From Orbicella franksi (taxonomy: Eukaryota), in contig OZ116709.1 of the NCBI GenBank assembly GCA_964199315.1, positions 22,940,001 to 23,004,000 of the forward strand: a DNA stretch of 64,000 bases, in the 5' to 3' direction. How positions within the stretch are numbered: position 1 is the stretch's first letter; every line of letters begins with the position of its first letter. The notes below the pieces were generated by a model that was given only the letters and a program-made list of their open reading frames with translations, was not told the origin of the DNA and did not search any database. This document shows, piece by piece, positions 36,333 to 48,666 of this stretch. A program made the translations under genes and the position numbers.

Positions 36333-39300
36333 TCATAAAATTGTTTCTTGACAAAGTTCCAAGTTGTAGTCAAGTTCTGCCTGAGATAAAAGTGTTGTTA
36401 TTTGTATTTTTCCATCAGTAGTTATGTCTTTTCCACTGCTTGTGTTATCAATAATTGAAGCTGGACGACTAGTCACATCGTGTTCCAATGAATTTTCAAA
36501 CATTACGCTAAACATGTCCATAGAACTAGCGTACCATCCTCCCTTTACAAGCTTCTCTTGTTGAACAACTACTTCAAGATCGTCAAAGCTCAAAGCCGGT
36601 GTTACTATGGTTACAGAACCAAGCTTGTTTTCCTCTGACGTATCCACGATTTCGCTAGACTGCGAAGAAGGGCTCTGTCTATTGGAATCGCTTTCATAAC
36701 CCGATGATTCATTCAACGAATCAGTGCAGTGCAACTGGGCAGCGGCTGACCATGCGCGAAACATTGCCGACTTCATTAAAGTTGACGTACCACTTCGGTT
36801 TAGCATTTCCATGGAAACGCTACGCTGTAACACGTGGTCGCAGTGCGCAGCCCGCGCAAAGAAAGCAGCTTCGGTGGGAAAGCTGTAAATCGTTCGTGAA
36901 GCTCTCTCGTAATTCGTTGATTTTTTCGTCAATTTATCAGTCTCGTTCAGAAGCATAACCTTTTCTTGACATAGTTCTGTTTTTGTCGGCATCAGCCACG
37001 GCACTAGAAACAGAAGACATACCCCACATGTCATGACAGCTCCAGAAAGGTAAAATGCTATGTCGTATTTTCCGAACACATCGAAGATGAAGCCTGTGGA
37101 AAATGAAATTGAAATCTGTGATCATTACTTCATTCCTTATAACAATACAACAACGCATTGTCAATGTGAAATCTGACTCTCAAACAAAGCAAATCATCGA
37201 CTACCGCAAACATTAAAAGACGCCAGTGGGGCGGAAAGAGGAGAGACCGAGGGAACGAGGTTAAGATATCCGCTAGCCTTCTTATGACTTGTCTCGCGCT
37301 CTTCCCCAACGAAAGGTTGCGTGACGAGCCCAAAGAAGGGAAAATATTCGCTTGATCAGATTTTTCTGAGCTTCCATGATGATTGACGTTGCGTGAAAAA
37401 CCTTCCGAGAGATTTAACTATTTGCGTATCAAAACTACACGTCGATAGAGAAGTCTGCAACCAAAAGTTTCCACTTTTTATTAGGATGTCACTAAACAGA
37501 AACACTTTCTATAAACAACCTACTCAGACTACTCATATAAAATCTAACAGCGCGAGACGCGAGTCCACGGATAGAGATGGTTCTGATCTCCTGGTAAGAA
37601 GCTCCTGACATCATTCAAATTATACCAACCTGCCACAGGTGGCCCCAGGACATTTCCAATGGCCGCTGCGAAACAAAGATTTCCAAAGGCACGCCCTACG
37701 AGCTTCTCCCCGACAATGTAAAGAGTTCCCATCCCAAACATGACAGCTAAGCATCCATCGAAAAGTCCAAACACAACAACATACACAACTAAAGACAAAT
37801 AACTCCGAGCTAGAGGAAACAGTGTCGCGTTGACAGCCAAAACAAGACCAATGATTTGAACAGATGCAACTCTGTCTATTCGTGGACTATTTCCAAGCCT
37901 TCCGAACGCTATTCGGGCAGCTGTTTGCGTGAAGGCCTGGTAACCAATGAGTAAAGCACTTTTGGAGCTGGGTATACCAATGTCGTTTGCTATGCTTATC
38001 TGTTGAAACATAAGAGATACTCTTTAGTTCCCACAAATTAAAACCAGGGAGGGAAATTTTATTTTAGAATACTCTCTCCTCTTGCAGCGAAGATAATCAC
38101 TAGTGGTATTAGACTAAATGATAACACGTTATTTTTAACAAGAGGTAACATGGAATAAATTTACCAAATTATTTGAATTGTAGCTGATGTAACCAGTCCA
38201 ACTGATCCAACTCTAGTCTTTGCCCCGAGGGATTATTTTCGGCTTCTCGCTTCATAAAAAGCAACATTGCAACAACGTTGCACGCTTCTCAAACTCACCA
38301 TATACTGTAAACAAAGCAAGTCATGACCGTGACGGTGTCTGGAAATCTGATCTTAATTAACATAGATTTTTACGATTATATTTCTCCGTTCTCTCCTCAG
38401 ATTTAGTTTCGATTGAGAAGATATATCAAACACTCAAGACAATGTTTGACCACATTGCCACACACCTCGAAGTTTGTCAAAAATACTCCGATGCGCGACG
38501 TATTTTCAACTCTCTTCGCAGTGTTTGGAAAACAAACTGAACATACTTACCAAAAAGACGAAAGGTATAAAATTGCCAAACGCGATGAAACTCAAGGAAA
38601 TGGCCCACACCGCAAAGGCCTTATTTTTCCAAGGATTTAAACTGAGAAATTCCAACAAACGTAATTTAATCTTGTAAAGAATGCCAATATCTAAACTTCT
38701 ACGTCTGTCCTTCTTTTGCAGCTGAACACGTTGTTCCTGCTTATCCTCAAGTCTGCTGTAGCTCAAACTCGAAACACACATTAACAATGACATTCCAGCG
38801 AGAATTCGCATCGTTATCCTCCAATCATAATGAGCAATAAGTTGATTGATGGCCCACGTCATCGGCGGAACACCCAATCCAGCTCCAGCGATGGCAATTC
38901 CGTAAGCCAATGATAAATAGTTTCTGAAATGCGACGGTAAAATTACTAGAGAGGCGAAGTAACAGAAACTCGTCCCAGCTCCCCAGAGGAGCCCATAGGT
39001 AATGTACAACAGAGTAAAATTGGTGACGAATGACGTAGTTAGAAGACCCACAAATGACAGAATGCCTCCAAGGCACGTGACTACCCGGCATCCTAATTGC
39101 TCGCAGAGGACCGTGGTTAAGGGGCCCATGAAAAACATAACACCGAACGCCAGCGAGCCCACCCATGCTAGAAATAATAACAATAATAAATCATAATTAA
39201 ATAAAGCTGCCCGTGATTGCATCTCAAAAAGAACAAAAATCCTTCCCGGCTTCATTATTTATGGCTTTGACAGGAACTTATTAGAGTGACAGCCCGCCTT

Positions 39301-42300
39301 ACGGCCAACTCGTTAATACGGCCACCTCGTTATCACGGCCACTTTATTCTGGCCCGATCAAAAGCTCAGTCGGTTATTTTCTTAATTGTAAAGAACCCCC
39401 TGAATATGGCCAGCCCATTCAGTACAGCCAGAATATTTTCTGGCTCGTTGTCGACCGGATCAACGGGGTTCCACCATAAATGGACTTTGTTCACCTCTAT
39501 TTCGGTAAATACTGGGGAATGTTTTCTTCGCTATGAACTTTATGATACAGGAAATATTAAGACGGAAATGGATCGGAAAGGAGATCGACACGGAGAAGAA
39601 AATCGCCACAGCTTTCGGTTTTTACCTTTTCTGAATGAACAATGAGAAACTCTAACTATGTGAGCTCTTTCGGAACATTCGGTAGAAACCGTTAAGCTAA
39701 TTATCAGCACTTGGTTCCTTTCCTATAGATATCGCATGCAATACTCAAACGTGCTCTGAAGTTGAAACATAATCAACGGATATTACACTGGTGTTGACCC
39801 ACTGTGCGCTACAAATCCCATATTTTACTGATAGGTCAAAGGTAACCTGAATTAAAGCGCCAATAACTGGTAGGCACGTATATTTTATGTAAGCTGAAAT
39901 TTACTCTTTCCCTCCAGGAGCAAGTCAAAGTTTTGGCTTATGCTATATATGGTTCTTCCTTTTGATTCTGTGGATAAAATCCTTCAGAAAGAGCCTTAGA
40001 GCATTCTTGTTACGCGTTAGTTCATAGGAGCTGTGCCTAGAAGGAGCATCTGAAAACTCTTCCGCAACTGCAATATTTATCATACTCTTTTATTTTCGAC
40101 TTTGAAAAGTAACTTAAGTTGTACAGCAGAAAAAAAAAACACCCAAAAAGCGTGACCGAGTTCCATTAAATTCTTCTGATTGTACTATTCGGTCATCACG
40201 GAAAATCTACCTGTTCACTGACTAACTGGGGTAGGAAACAGGGTTACAATCCTAATTCTAGCGTTAGGCATTTTTAAAATAGAACTAAATTCGCATTTGA
40301 ATTTCGAGTAAAGATGGCGTTTACTTTCGCTTATAACTGAGCCCACCGAGCTTTCGGCTCGATTTCGGCCGCTATCTCTACGTTCCTGCCCGAGAGGGCT
40401 CCTTTCCAGAATAGCGACTGGTAATCGAGCCTAGCCGAGTTGTAACAATACAAATGTGCAGTGCTCAGTGCATTACTAAACCCATAGGCTCTAAATTGTC
40501 TAAAAATCGCCACTCCACGATACCGCGGTTTAGAGTCTTGTAAACCATTTTTTGGAGGCTGTAAACCTCTTAAATCTCCTGTCATCCTTGCGGAAATGAC
40601 GCGTGAACTTATTTTGCCTACTTGTATTGCTTATTCTGAGAGTACTTCAACTCATTTCAGACCCACCCAGAAACGCTACCTTCTAAGGTCATAGTAAGCT
40701 CAAGGTCATTGCAAGACAGATTCTTCCTTTCAATATCCTATGGTGGGTCTATTTTGGTCGTGGGAAAAATACACGCTAAAAAATGTTGGGCTACTTATCC
40801 TTTCTTCATTTCCTTCTGTCAACAGCTTTTTTTCACCTCCCAACGTGAATTATTACCGTGCGCGCGAAAAAAACCGTTTTGTCTGGCGCAGGAGAGAATA
40901 GAGAAGGGGTTCTGAATTAACACTGGCTTTTAATCCGCCATTTTGACCTGGGTGCTTATACAGACATTTTGAATTAAATTTTTGGAAAATTTTATTTATG
41001 AAATATTAGAAATCTGTTTACTTTGACACGCCGAAAATAATATTTCACCGATCAGTTTTTTTTACCATTTGTCTAAAAAATATCCTTTCTACATCTCGTT
41101 CTTGAGTAGAGAAACGAAACTGCATGCTACTTTATAAGCTCCTGCGCATAAACCCAAAAAAGTGTGGGAAGGAGGGAGTAGGTTGTCAATATAACATCGC
41201 ATCATAATCTATACCCCATAGAAACTACTGAGAAAATAATCCACAGGGAACTTGTAATTAAAGAAAAAAGGAAAAAAAAAGGTTAGCGCTTGTTTATTAA
41301 AAAAAAAAAACTTGAGATCTAGTAATTTCTATAACGCCAGATGGAAACAAGCCCACTTTATATCGTGTGGTAAGCCTAACGTGAGCTTTTTACTTGCTAT
41401 TAAAAACCCCAAGTTCAGTCCGAGTTTAAAGTCCAAGAGCATATCGATATTGGGCAAGCGCAATAACCGGTCGGTCTGTCAACGACTGACAAATGGCTCA
41501 AATAGCCAAAAAATGGCATTTGACCCAAAATATAACATTTTGCGATAGAAAAACAACAAAAGAGCAACCGGATTTTTCGAGTCCCAAACAAGCTGAAGGG
41601 ACGAAAAAACTGGCCGCTTTTGGATTTTACGTGCTAAACGCATTTCTCATAGAGTATAAAAGACACGCGAGTGCATCACAAGAACCGCCTACAGCTTGGG
41701 TTACAAGCAAACAGGCTCCTATCTCTAGTGAATGCTGTTGCTTTTCACGATCTCCACGTTCACGAGATCAGCGCATGGCCGGAAATTCCTCTCGTGTCTC
41801 CCTCTCGCGCGCATCACGCTCTGTGCGAATCTAGCACCCAGGGTCGCTCCTCGAGGTTGGCGGGCTTGTCACGATCTGCCCTCTTTCGATTCTCCTGTAG
41901 ATAGAAGGAGACTCTGCATGCAGGGTAATAACGATTTCAAAACGAAAGAACGCGTGACTAGCCAAATAGGTCACTGGTAGCTGCTCTAGCGCTCTGACAT
42001 GACATCCTTTAGCTTGGAGATTTGAAAGGAAAAAGAGTTCATAACGACGAGTGATCGCGCTCTTAACATGTTCCGCAACTGAATCGAAATAGATCCATGG
42101 GCGGGTTTCCCTGGCTGTTCGCTACTTGTATTCTGGGATTATAAATACACCGTTCGTCAGCCGTTAATTAAGCGGCCTTTATGAAGATATTTTTGTATGC
42201 AACTGAGTCAAAATTAAGTGGCCGCTGCTGTTGCGGAGAAATGGCTATTGCAGAGAAGTTAAAATAACACTGAGCGAATTTTTCGAGTCTGTGCTCTTTC

Positions 42301-43700
42301 AAAAACAAGTGCTTGTTGTAGAGGCGCCCGTTAGTAGGGGTTCGACTGTATATGTTTCATTGACACGACCACTGGTCGTGTCAATGATTCAGCTTACGAA
42401 GAGGCTCTCCGTACGGTTAAAGCAAAAATAACTGGATGCAAACGAAAGCGTAGGAAATTGTGGGTAGCGGAGTAAACAGAGTCAACTGTTAAGTATGTTT
42501 GGGTTTGGGCATGATTTTCCCTTATGATACATGGCATTCAATTTGCCAGTAACGCGATTTCACTGCTTTACTGTCTGAAAACTCTCATGTAACACTATGC
42601 TAACGAGTATATAACTATAAATAACTGTTTATATTACAGTTAAGATCAGAGTGGACCACAATAGTTCACATGAGGGACTCTCTTTGTCGGGTATAGACAG
42701 CGAACTCGAGGAGAGAGATGAAGCAGGGGGAAATCCCCTTCTTTCACCTTAGCCCTGCCCCTATATTATCACCGAACCGGCCGCCCTCTCGTGGACCATA
42801 TCAGATCTAATTTTTTTTTCTGTGGCAAGGAAAGGAAACAGTGCAGAAACATCAATCCCCGCCGCGTCTCTGTCATGTCCCGGGATCGAACCCGGGCAGT
42901 GCTGCGTGTCCTTTCCTAACGTAGCCTGTCCCGGGCGTTCGCGGTTAGTTGGGAGCACTTGAAGAACGGCAATTTTTCTCTCACTTTCCGTTGTAATTAA
43001 CCTCTGCTCCCAAATCCCAAATCCCTAATCGAAGGCTTGGAAGAATATTTTTTAAAAAGTACTATATGACATTCTGGAGCATTAAAAGAAAATACCGGCA
43101 ATTATTCGTCTTGTTCAATTATTCATGACCAAAACAAAACATCAACCGGAAGTTACTATTTAACAGTATATCCGGTTAACCGGACGTCAAGCGACTGCTC
43201 AGAAATCACGTCCTGCCTAAAATAAAATAAAAGCGTATCCGCTAGACTGGTTTGTAGTGAAGCCTGTTACCAGAATGAACCCACTGATATTAAGCACAAT
43301 GTAATATTACATTACCGAGATAAATATGGCATATTATTTACTCTTCTTGAATTTTCAAAACAGACATGAAACCAATCGGAAACGAAGTTTGCGGTGTGTT
43401 GTTTTGAATTACATTTGTATTGAAGTGTAGTAATTCTCCAACAGAGATTTAAAATCCTACCGTCCCATCAACTGTCAACCAGAAATCTTTTTCCAAAGCG
43501 AATAACACAGCAATTAAGATTAAAAACAATTAATTACCTGTAGCCGATTCACTGCGATGAAATTCCCTCCCGAAGGCAATAAAGAAAATCCCCACAGAAC
43601 TATGCACTCCAAAGATGATGAATTGCACGACGAAAGAAGACCCACAAACGAACCAAGATCTGTGCGAATCACAGCTGAAATCTTTGCAATAATTCGCCAT
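36333..43700 (-). CDS. SLC16A10-like: Second SLC16 transporter (MCT8/MCT10-like), ~636 aa, possibly with an N-terminal extension from upstream exons
   Basis: Exons (minus) 43700-43538, 39167-38551, 37999-37630 and 37093-36333 (phases 1, 0, 1). AWVGSLAFGVMFFMGPLTTVLCEQLGCRVV, LYITYGLLWG, ARIAFGRLG, NVLGPPVAG. Exon 3 is 370 nt, as in the neighbouring paralogue. Confidence 0.9.
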
Positions 43701-45152
43701 TCTGTCCGTGGACCGCACACGATCTACCAAAGACTCTGTAGATAAACCCAGGCGCGCATGAATACTGGGTTTTCACTCTTGTGGTTGGAGCCCGGTTGGT
43801 AATTGATAAACCGGTTTCTCATGCAACTGATGATAGGTGAAAATCCTGTTCGTCAACTTTTTAAATCCAACCACGACGGGTACCCGCACGGAAGCGCGAT
43901 CTGTCCTGTTATAAACCAAGCATAATAACCGTCGGTTAATTTCTAACGTAAAAAGGAAATCTGCACGGACGTGATCGCAAAAAGAAACTGTGTCAATTTC
44001 ACATGACCTAGAGAGGAGTAGTGTTGTCAGCCGATACACTGCGCAGTATGTAGACCTAAGTAGGCCTGTATTTTCAAAACAGGATTCGCTTGTCAAGATT
44101 TTCCCGTGTTGATTCGACCTTAATCACGCGACGCCAGCCATATGGTTCTTCAAAAACACAACAACAACAACAACGATCTTGAATTTTTCAGGTTTTCTTT
44201 TTTTCACGGAATCTCAGATTTTACTTTTGAAATTCAGAGAGAAAGGACGAAATACAACACGGTACCACTTTGTGTACGGAACATTTTCAAAATAATTTGA
44301 CCTTCAATAATGGATAACTGTACTATAATGTCATCAGTGGGGAGAGTTTTTCGTGACATTACCCCTGTAGTATTCTAACCGGAACTCAAGTTGGGGGGGT
44401 CTGGTAGTCTATGTTGGATTTAACCCCTCTAAGGACCCCTTATTTTGCGCCGGATGCGTTACCTTAGTATAAGTCTACTAGCGGTCTATCACGAATGCCG
44501 TTCTCTTATTGGCTAGGCACTCTGCATTTTTTCAATGCAACACAGCTCAGGCTGCCTTCACGAGCTTTCTTTTCTCTGTTCCCTCTGTTTCCAGTGTTCC
44601 CTTGTGCACTCTCTTTCTCCTCTCCAGCCCCTTTACTGCGTTGTACGGTCAATGCCGCACGAAAGAGGCCTATGCGGAGGAGAGACGCACGGCACTGATG
44701 GAAAACAAACCTGGATAAACCTGCAATTCTCCATTCCAGAACGCTTGCATTACGCGTGACTGGGGGATTGTACGACAATAAATGACAGAGAGAACAATGC
44801 TTGCGTGATTTGGCTTCAACTCAAATTTCCCATGAGGAAGAATTTATATTGACTGGAATTCTTGACTCCAGATAAAACATGACTTATTTGGAATAGTGAA
44901 TTGCGTGGAATTTTGCCATAAAAATAAAACAGTGCGTTTCGAAGCTATTTCGCATACATCTGTCTTACTCATTAACTGTTTCAACATCAAATACAAGGTA
45001 TCTCGCAATTTGTTTGCGATATTAATTTGTTTTCCCTTAATATCAATGAAATGGGCGCAAACAATATTTTAGAACGGACTGTTAAGGTAACGTCGAGAAT
45101 GTCTCATCATCCAGGCTCTTGCCAGGAATGAATGAACTCATTTAAAGGCCTT

Positions 45153-45345
45153 GGGCCCGTTTCTCGAAGGTCCCGAAAAGTTTTCGCACCCGAGAAACCG
45201 TAGCGAAATCTCAAACCTTATGAACAGAGGCTCCCTTCATAAAAGAAGTTTCAGACGTATACACCTCTCGTTCTTTAAATACCGATTAAATAAAAATGGC
45301 TTTGCGGGCCCGTAAAGTTTCCGGGGCTTTCGAGAAACGAGCCCC
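45153..45345. mobile_element. MITE with GGGCCCGTTTCTCGAA termini (PIF/Harbinger-like)
   Basis: gggcccgtttctcgaa ... ttcgagaaacgagcccc inverted termini. Confidence 0.75.
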
Positions 45346-47366
45346 GGCCTGGCTTCGAAATTAACGAAGTTAAAAATCGCACTGCCGCGAGATAAACAGA
45401 TTAGGCGAATCATCGTTTCTTTAAAAATCACGAATCGTCTGGCTCGGCAGACTGCCAGTTTAGAGAATAGAACAGACTTTGCCGTGTGAAATGAAAAACA
45501 TAGCTCATAATTATCAGTGATTAATAATTACGTTAACCAATCTTACCTGAAAATTTAAGTCCTTTTGCTATAATTTGAAAATGTCTAACTCTGTCTTCAT
45601 ATGTCAGCGAAGTACTGTAAGAGTCTGGAAGAATTATCACACTGTTGAGGCTATTAAAGCCTGCAAACACAGTTGGACAAAAACCACAATTTAGAAGACA
45701 CGCCTGCAAAATCTGAATTACCGATTAGAAATTTGTCGTTCGCAGGGAAAAACCTCCGGCCTAATTCAAGTTAGCAAGACAATTCACACGAATATAATGT
45801 AGAAAGAAATTTAACCAAAGGAGACTGCGGATTGTAAGTAAGTTTATAAAGTTGAGTGATGAACCTCTGATAATCTCTCTTCTAAACTTAAAACCGCAGT
45901 CGCTACAGTACCAGTCAAACTACACAGCCACAATACAAACAAATTAAAAATAATTAGAAATCAAGCAAAAATACTATTTGATGTGTATTTTAAGGCCTCC
46001 TCGGTTACATGCGTAAACCAATCAGAGAAACCGTTACCGGGGTATTTCTAACCAACCAGGACCAGTCGCGGCTTGCAACAATCTGTAGGAAAAAAGTATG
46101 GTGGTTGTACATTTTACCACAATATACCATGCGAACCTTAAACAGGCCATAACTGGTACAGGGAAAGCCATATTTTTGCATTATTTGTCCCTGTACTCAC
46201 GACATAGTGTATGCTAGATTTAAAGATGTTTAGAACTTTTCTGTACGTTTTTATGAGCGTTGTTTAAGTTTTCGTGCGCTTAGAGTTATGGGTAAATGTA
46301 CCAACGGAAGATTGGCTTACCGCAACGTATTAGTAATTCATTTTCCCACGCATGGTCCAGCTGAAAGTTTTAGCCGGCTTCGCGCGTTTAGCTTTGATTC
46401 AGTGTTCACTGTGCTTCTTGTCTTTCAAATGAATTGCTCGTGTAATTACCTGTAATAGCATTTTCGTTTTTGATAATGACTGCCTTAAAAAAAGCATTTT
46501 AGCTGAGAAAATACACACTTAGAGATACAAAACAAGATCTTCCTTTTCTTCGAAGAAGTTTAATTTTTTTCTCTATTCTTCCGCACGTTCTCTCTGTTCG
46601 CAGTAACTTAGAAAGCCAAACAAACCTACGTATATCGTCTGATACGTGAAAATATCTAAATTGTTTGACGCTACTAGACGAAACGAACCTAAGCATTCCC
46701 ACACGACTATCCAAAGCCAATAGAAAATGTTGAATAAAAAACTCGTGATAACGAAAGTCTTGAGACAAACCAAACCAAAACAACTTGATAAAAAATAGAT
46801 CTCTCGTGAATACCAAAGCAAATTAAAGGTCAGTAACAGCTCCTAAGCACATCTTTCAATACCTACAATAAAAATTATTGCTCAGACTAAATAAATCGAT
46901 CAAATGAGACTCCGCACACACCATGTGCGGGCTAAGCTAGACCTACCTTGAACGACTTCGAATCGTAAGACCAACATGATGGTCCCAAACCATCGCTTAA
47001 CGCAACAATCAAGAAACAACTGAACTCTTTCAGAAATTACTTAGTAAGCCGATTCCGTTTCAGTTTAAGTTCGCCGTAACGTGTTTCAAGAGCGCAGGAG
47101 AGAACACGGTCTCTGAACGAACGTTTCAAAAAAATAATGTTGACGGCGTATACAGATCAAGCGCTACGGGTTATAACAATATGTTTAGAAGAGATTGGTT
47201 GTGTCTCTTTGCGCTGGTACTGTCAGGCTTGTCATTGCATGCAAGCGGCTGCTTTAAAACGTGCGTGCTACAAGGAGAGAATCTAGATGTCATAACGAAC
47301 CACTAGTACTGCTGTGGCTATGAAGAACGTATTATTAAACCAATCATAGTTCTGCCTAGTTTTTCC

Positions 47367-47516
47367 TAGCCTAGAATTCATCCCCTCTTGAACCCGCATA
47401 ACAGGCGCTCGAGCAAATAGGGAGCGAGTGTTAACCGTAGGGCAAGTGTTTTCGCTCTCTGGCACCGCCCCAACTCACTGCCTATTATTCCTTGCGCGCG
47501 TTCTACACAGGCTACC
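47367..47516. mobile_element. Short MITE-like element with TAGCCT...AGGCTA termini
   Basis: tagcctagaa ... ttctacacaggcta; same terminal type as the 19730 hairpin and partial copies near 42922 and 60018. Confidence 0.45.
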
Positions 47517-48205
47517 TTCCCTCCCGTCGCCGAAATACTGCCCTAGTCCACCACCCTTGATACAAAGTTGACGACAAATGAATTGGTTCTGCAATCAAAA
47601 TATAGGAAACTAAAGAGAGACAATAATGGGCCGTCGACAAATTCACTTGTTCCTCGCTAACTTGATGTGGACGTTTAGGTAAGGAGAACGCCGGGAGGGG
47701 TGGGGCCGGGGGTTAACTTCATGAGGATACTTAGCCGAAGGGCGTGAGGGTAAGGCGAGTCCATTTTTGAAAGTTAGTGCGAGAAATTTTTGACGAAAAG
47801 CAGAATTATTCATTTTAAAAAGATTGTCTTTATGTTGAAAACTGGAGACAACAAAAGCAGAAAGTTTTTCCTTGCACGTGCGGTCGCATCGACTATTCTG
47901 CTTCTCTCTTCAAAAAATCAAAAACGTAAATAGGAATAAGTAGATACGTAGATGCTATATGTCTCAACAAAACAGGTAGGAGAGAGCTTCATCTGATTTA
48001 TAACAAGTCTGTTGTTCATTTTAAAAGGAATAAATTATGTTGTGATCTTCTCATCTCAGTAATGTTAACTACAGCAAGTGGAATGGGGCAGCAAAATTCC
48101 AAGTGGATCGGACGTTTAGGAGCGGAGGAGGGAGGAGAGTCGAGGCGGCCAAGGGGAGAGGGGGTCCGTCGTAAACAAGCGGAGAACAAATGAACATGTC
48201 AACGG

Positions 48206-48666
48206 CCTGGGGGGCGGTACTCCCAGAAAAATTGGGTGGGGGTGTGCGGCCCGCTTCCCAAAACCCTTACCCTATTTATGACCAAAATCTGCGATATTCC
48301 CTGCCCTATTAATGACTTGACCAAAAATTCGAAACCCTATTTATGACCTGACTCTTAAATTAAAACCCTGTTTCAGACCTGCGTTATAATTAGTTGCCTA
48401 GTACAGACCAATGTCAAATTACCTTAAATATAATTTGTGAAGGGCTTTTGTTGATTTTCTTTTCGATAATGATGAAAAAGTGGCTTCTTCTTAAAAACAT
48501 ACCCATATCACGGCTAGAGTGCAAAAACCATACCCTATTTATGACCAAAATGGCCAAAATCAGCTTAAATTGATAACCTATTTATGACCAAAACAGCTGA
48601 AAAACCATACCCTTTGGGGCCGCACATACCTATATAGCCCATATAAGGGAGTACCCCCCCCCCCGG
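48206..48666. mobile_element. Non-autonomous TIR element (CCCGGGGGGG-GTACTC termini) with internal CCCTATTTATGACC repeats
   Basis: cctggggggcggtactc ... gagtacccccccccccggg; several ccctatttatgacc repeats. A related degenerate copy appears at ~54418-54847 in a KAT8 intron. Confidence 0.75.

Noticed and set aside
42865-42930. B-box-like GGTTCGATCCC on the minus strand (tRNA gene?)
   Set aside because: The T-stem is imperfect, no A box, D-arm, anticodon or acceptor stem could be built, and it abuts a MITE fragment. At most a SINE/tRNA relic.
46499-46821. Hydrophobic 82/105-aa minus-strand ORFs
   Set aside because: T-rich composition explains the hydrophobicity; no homology or splice support.
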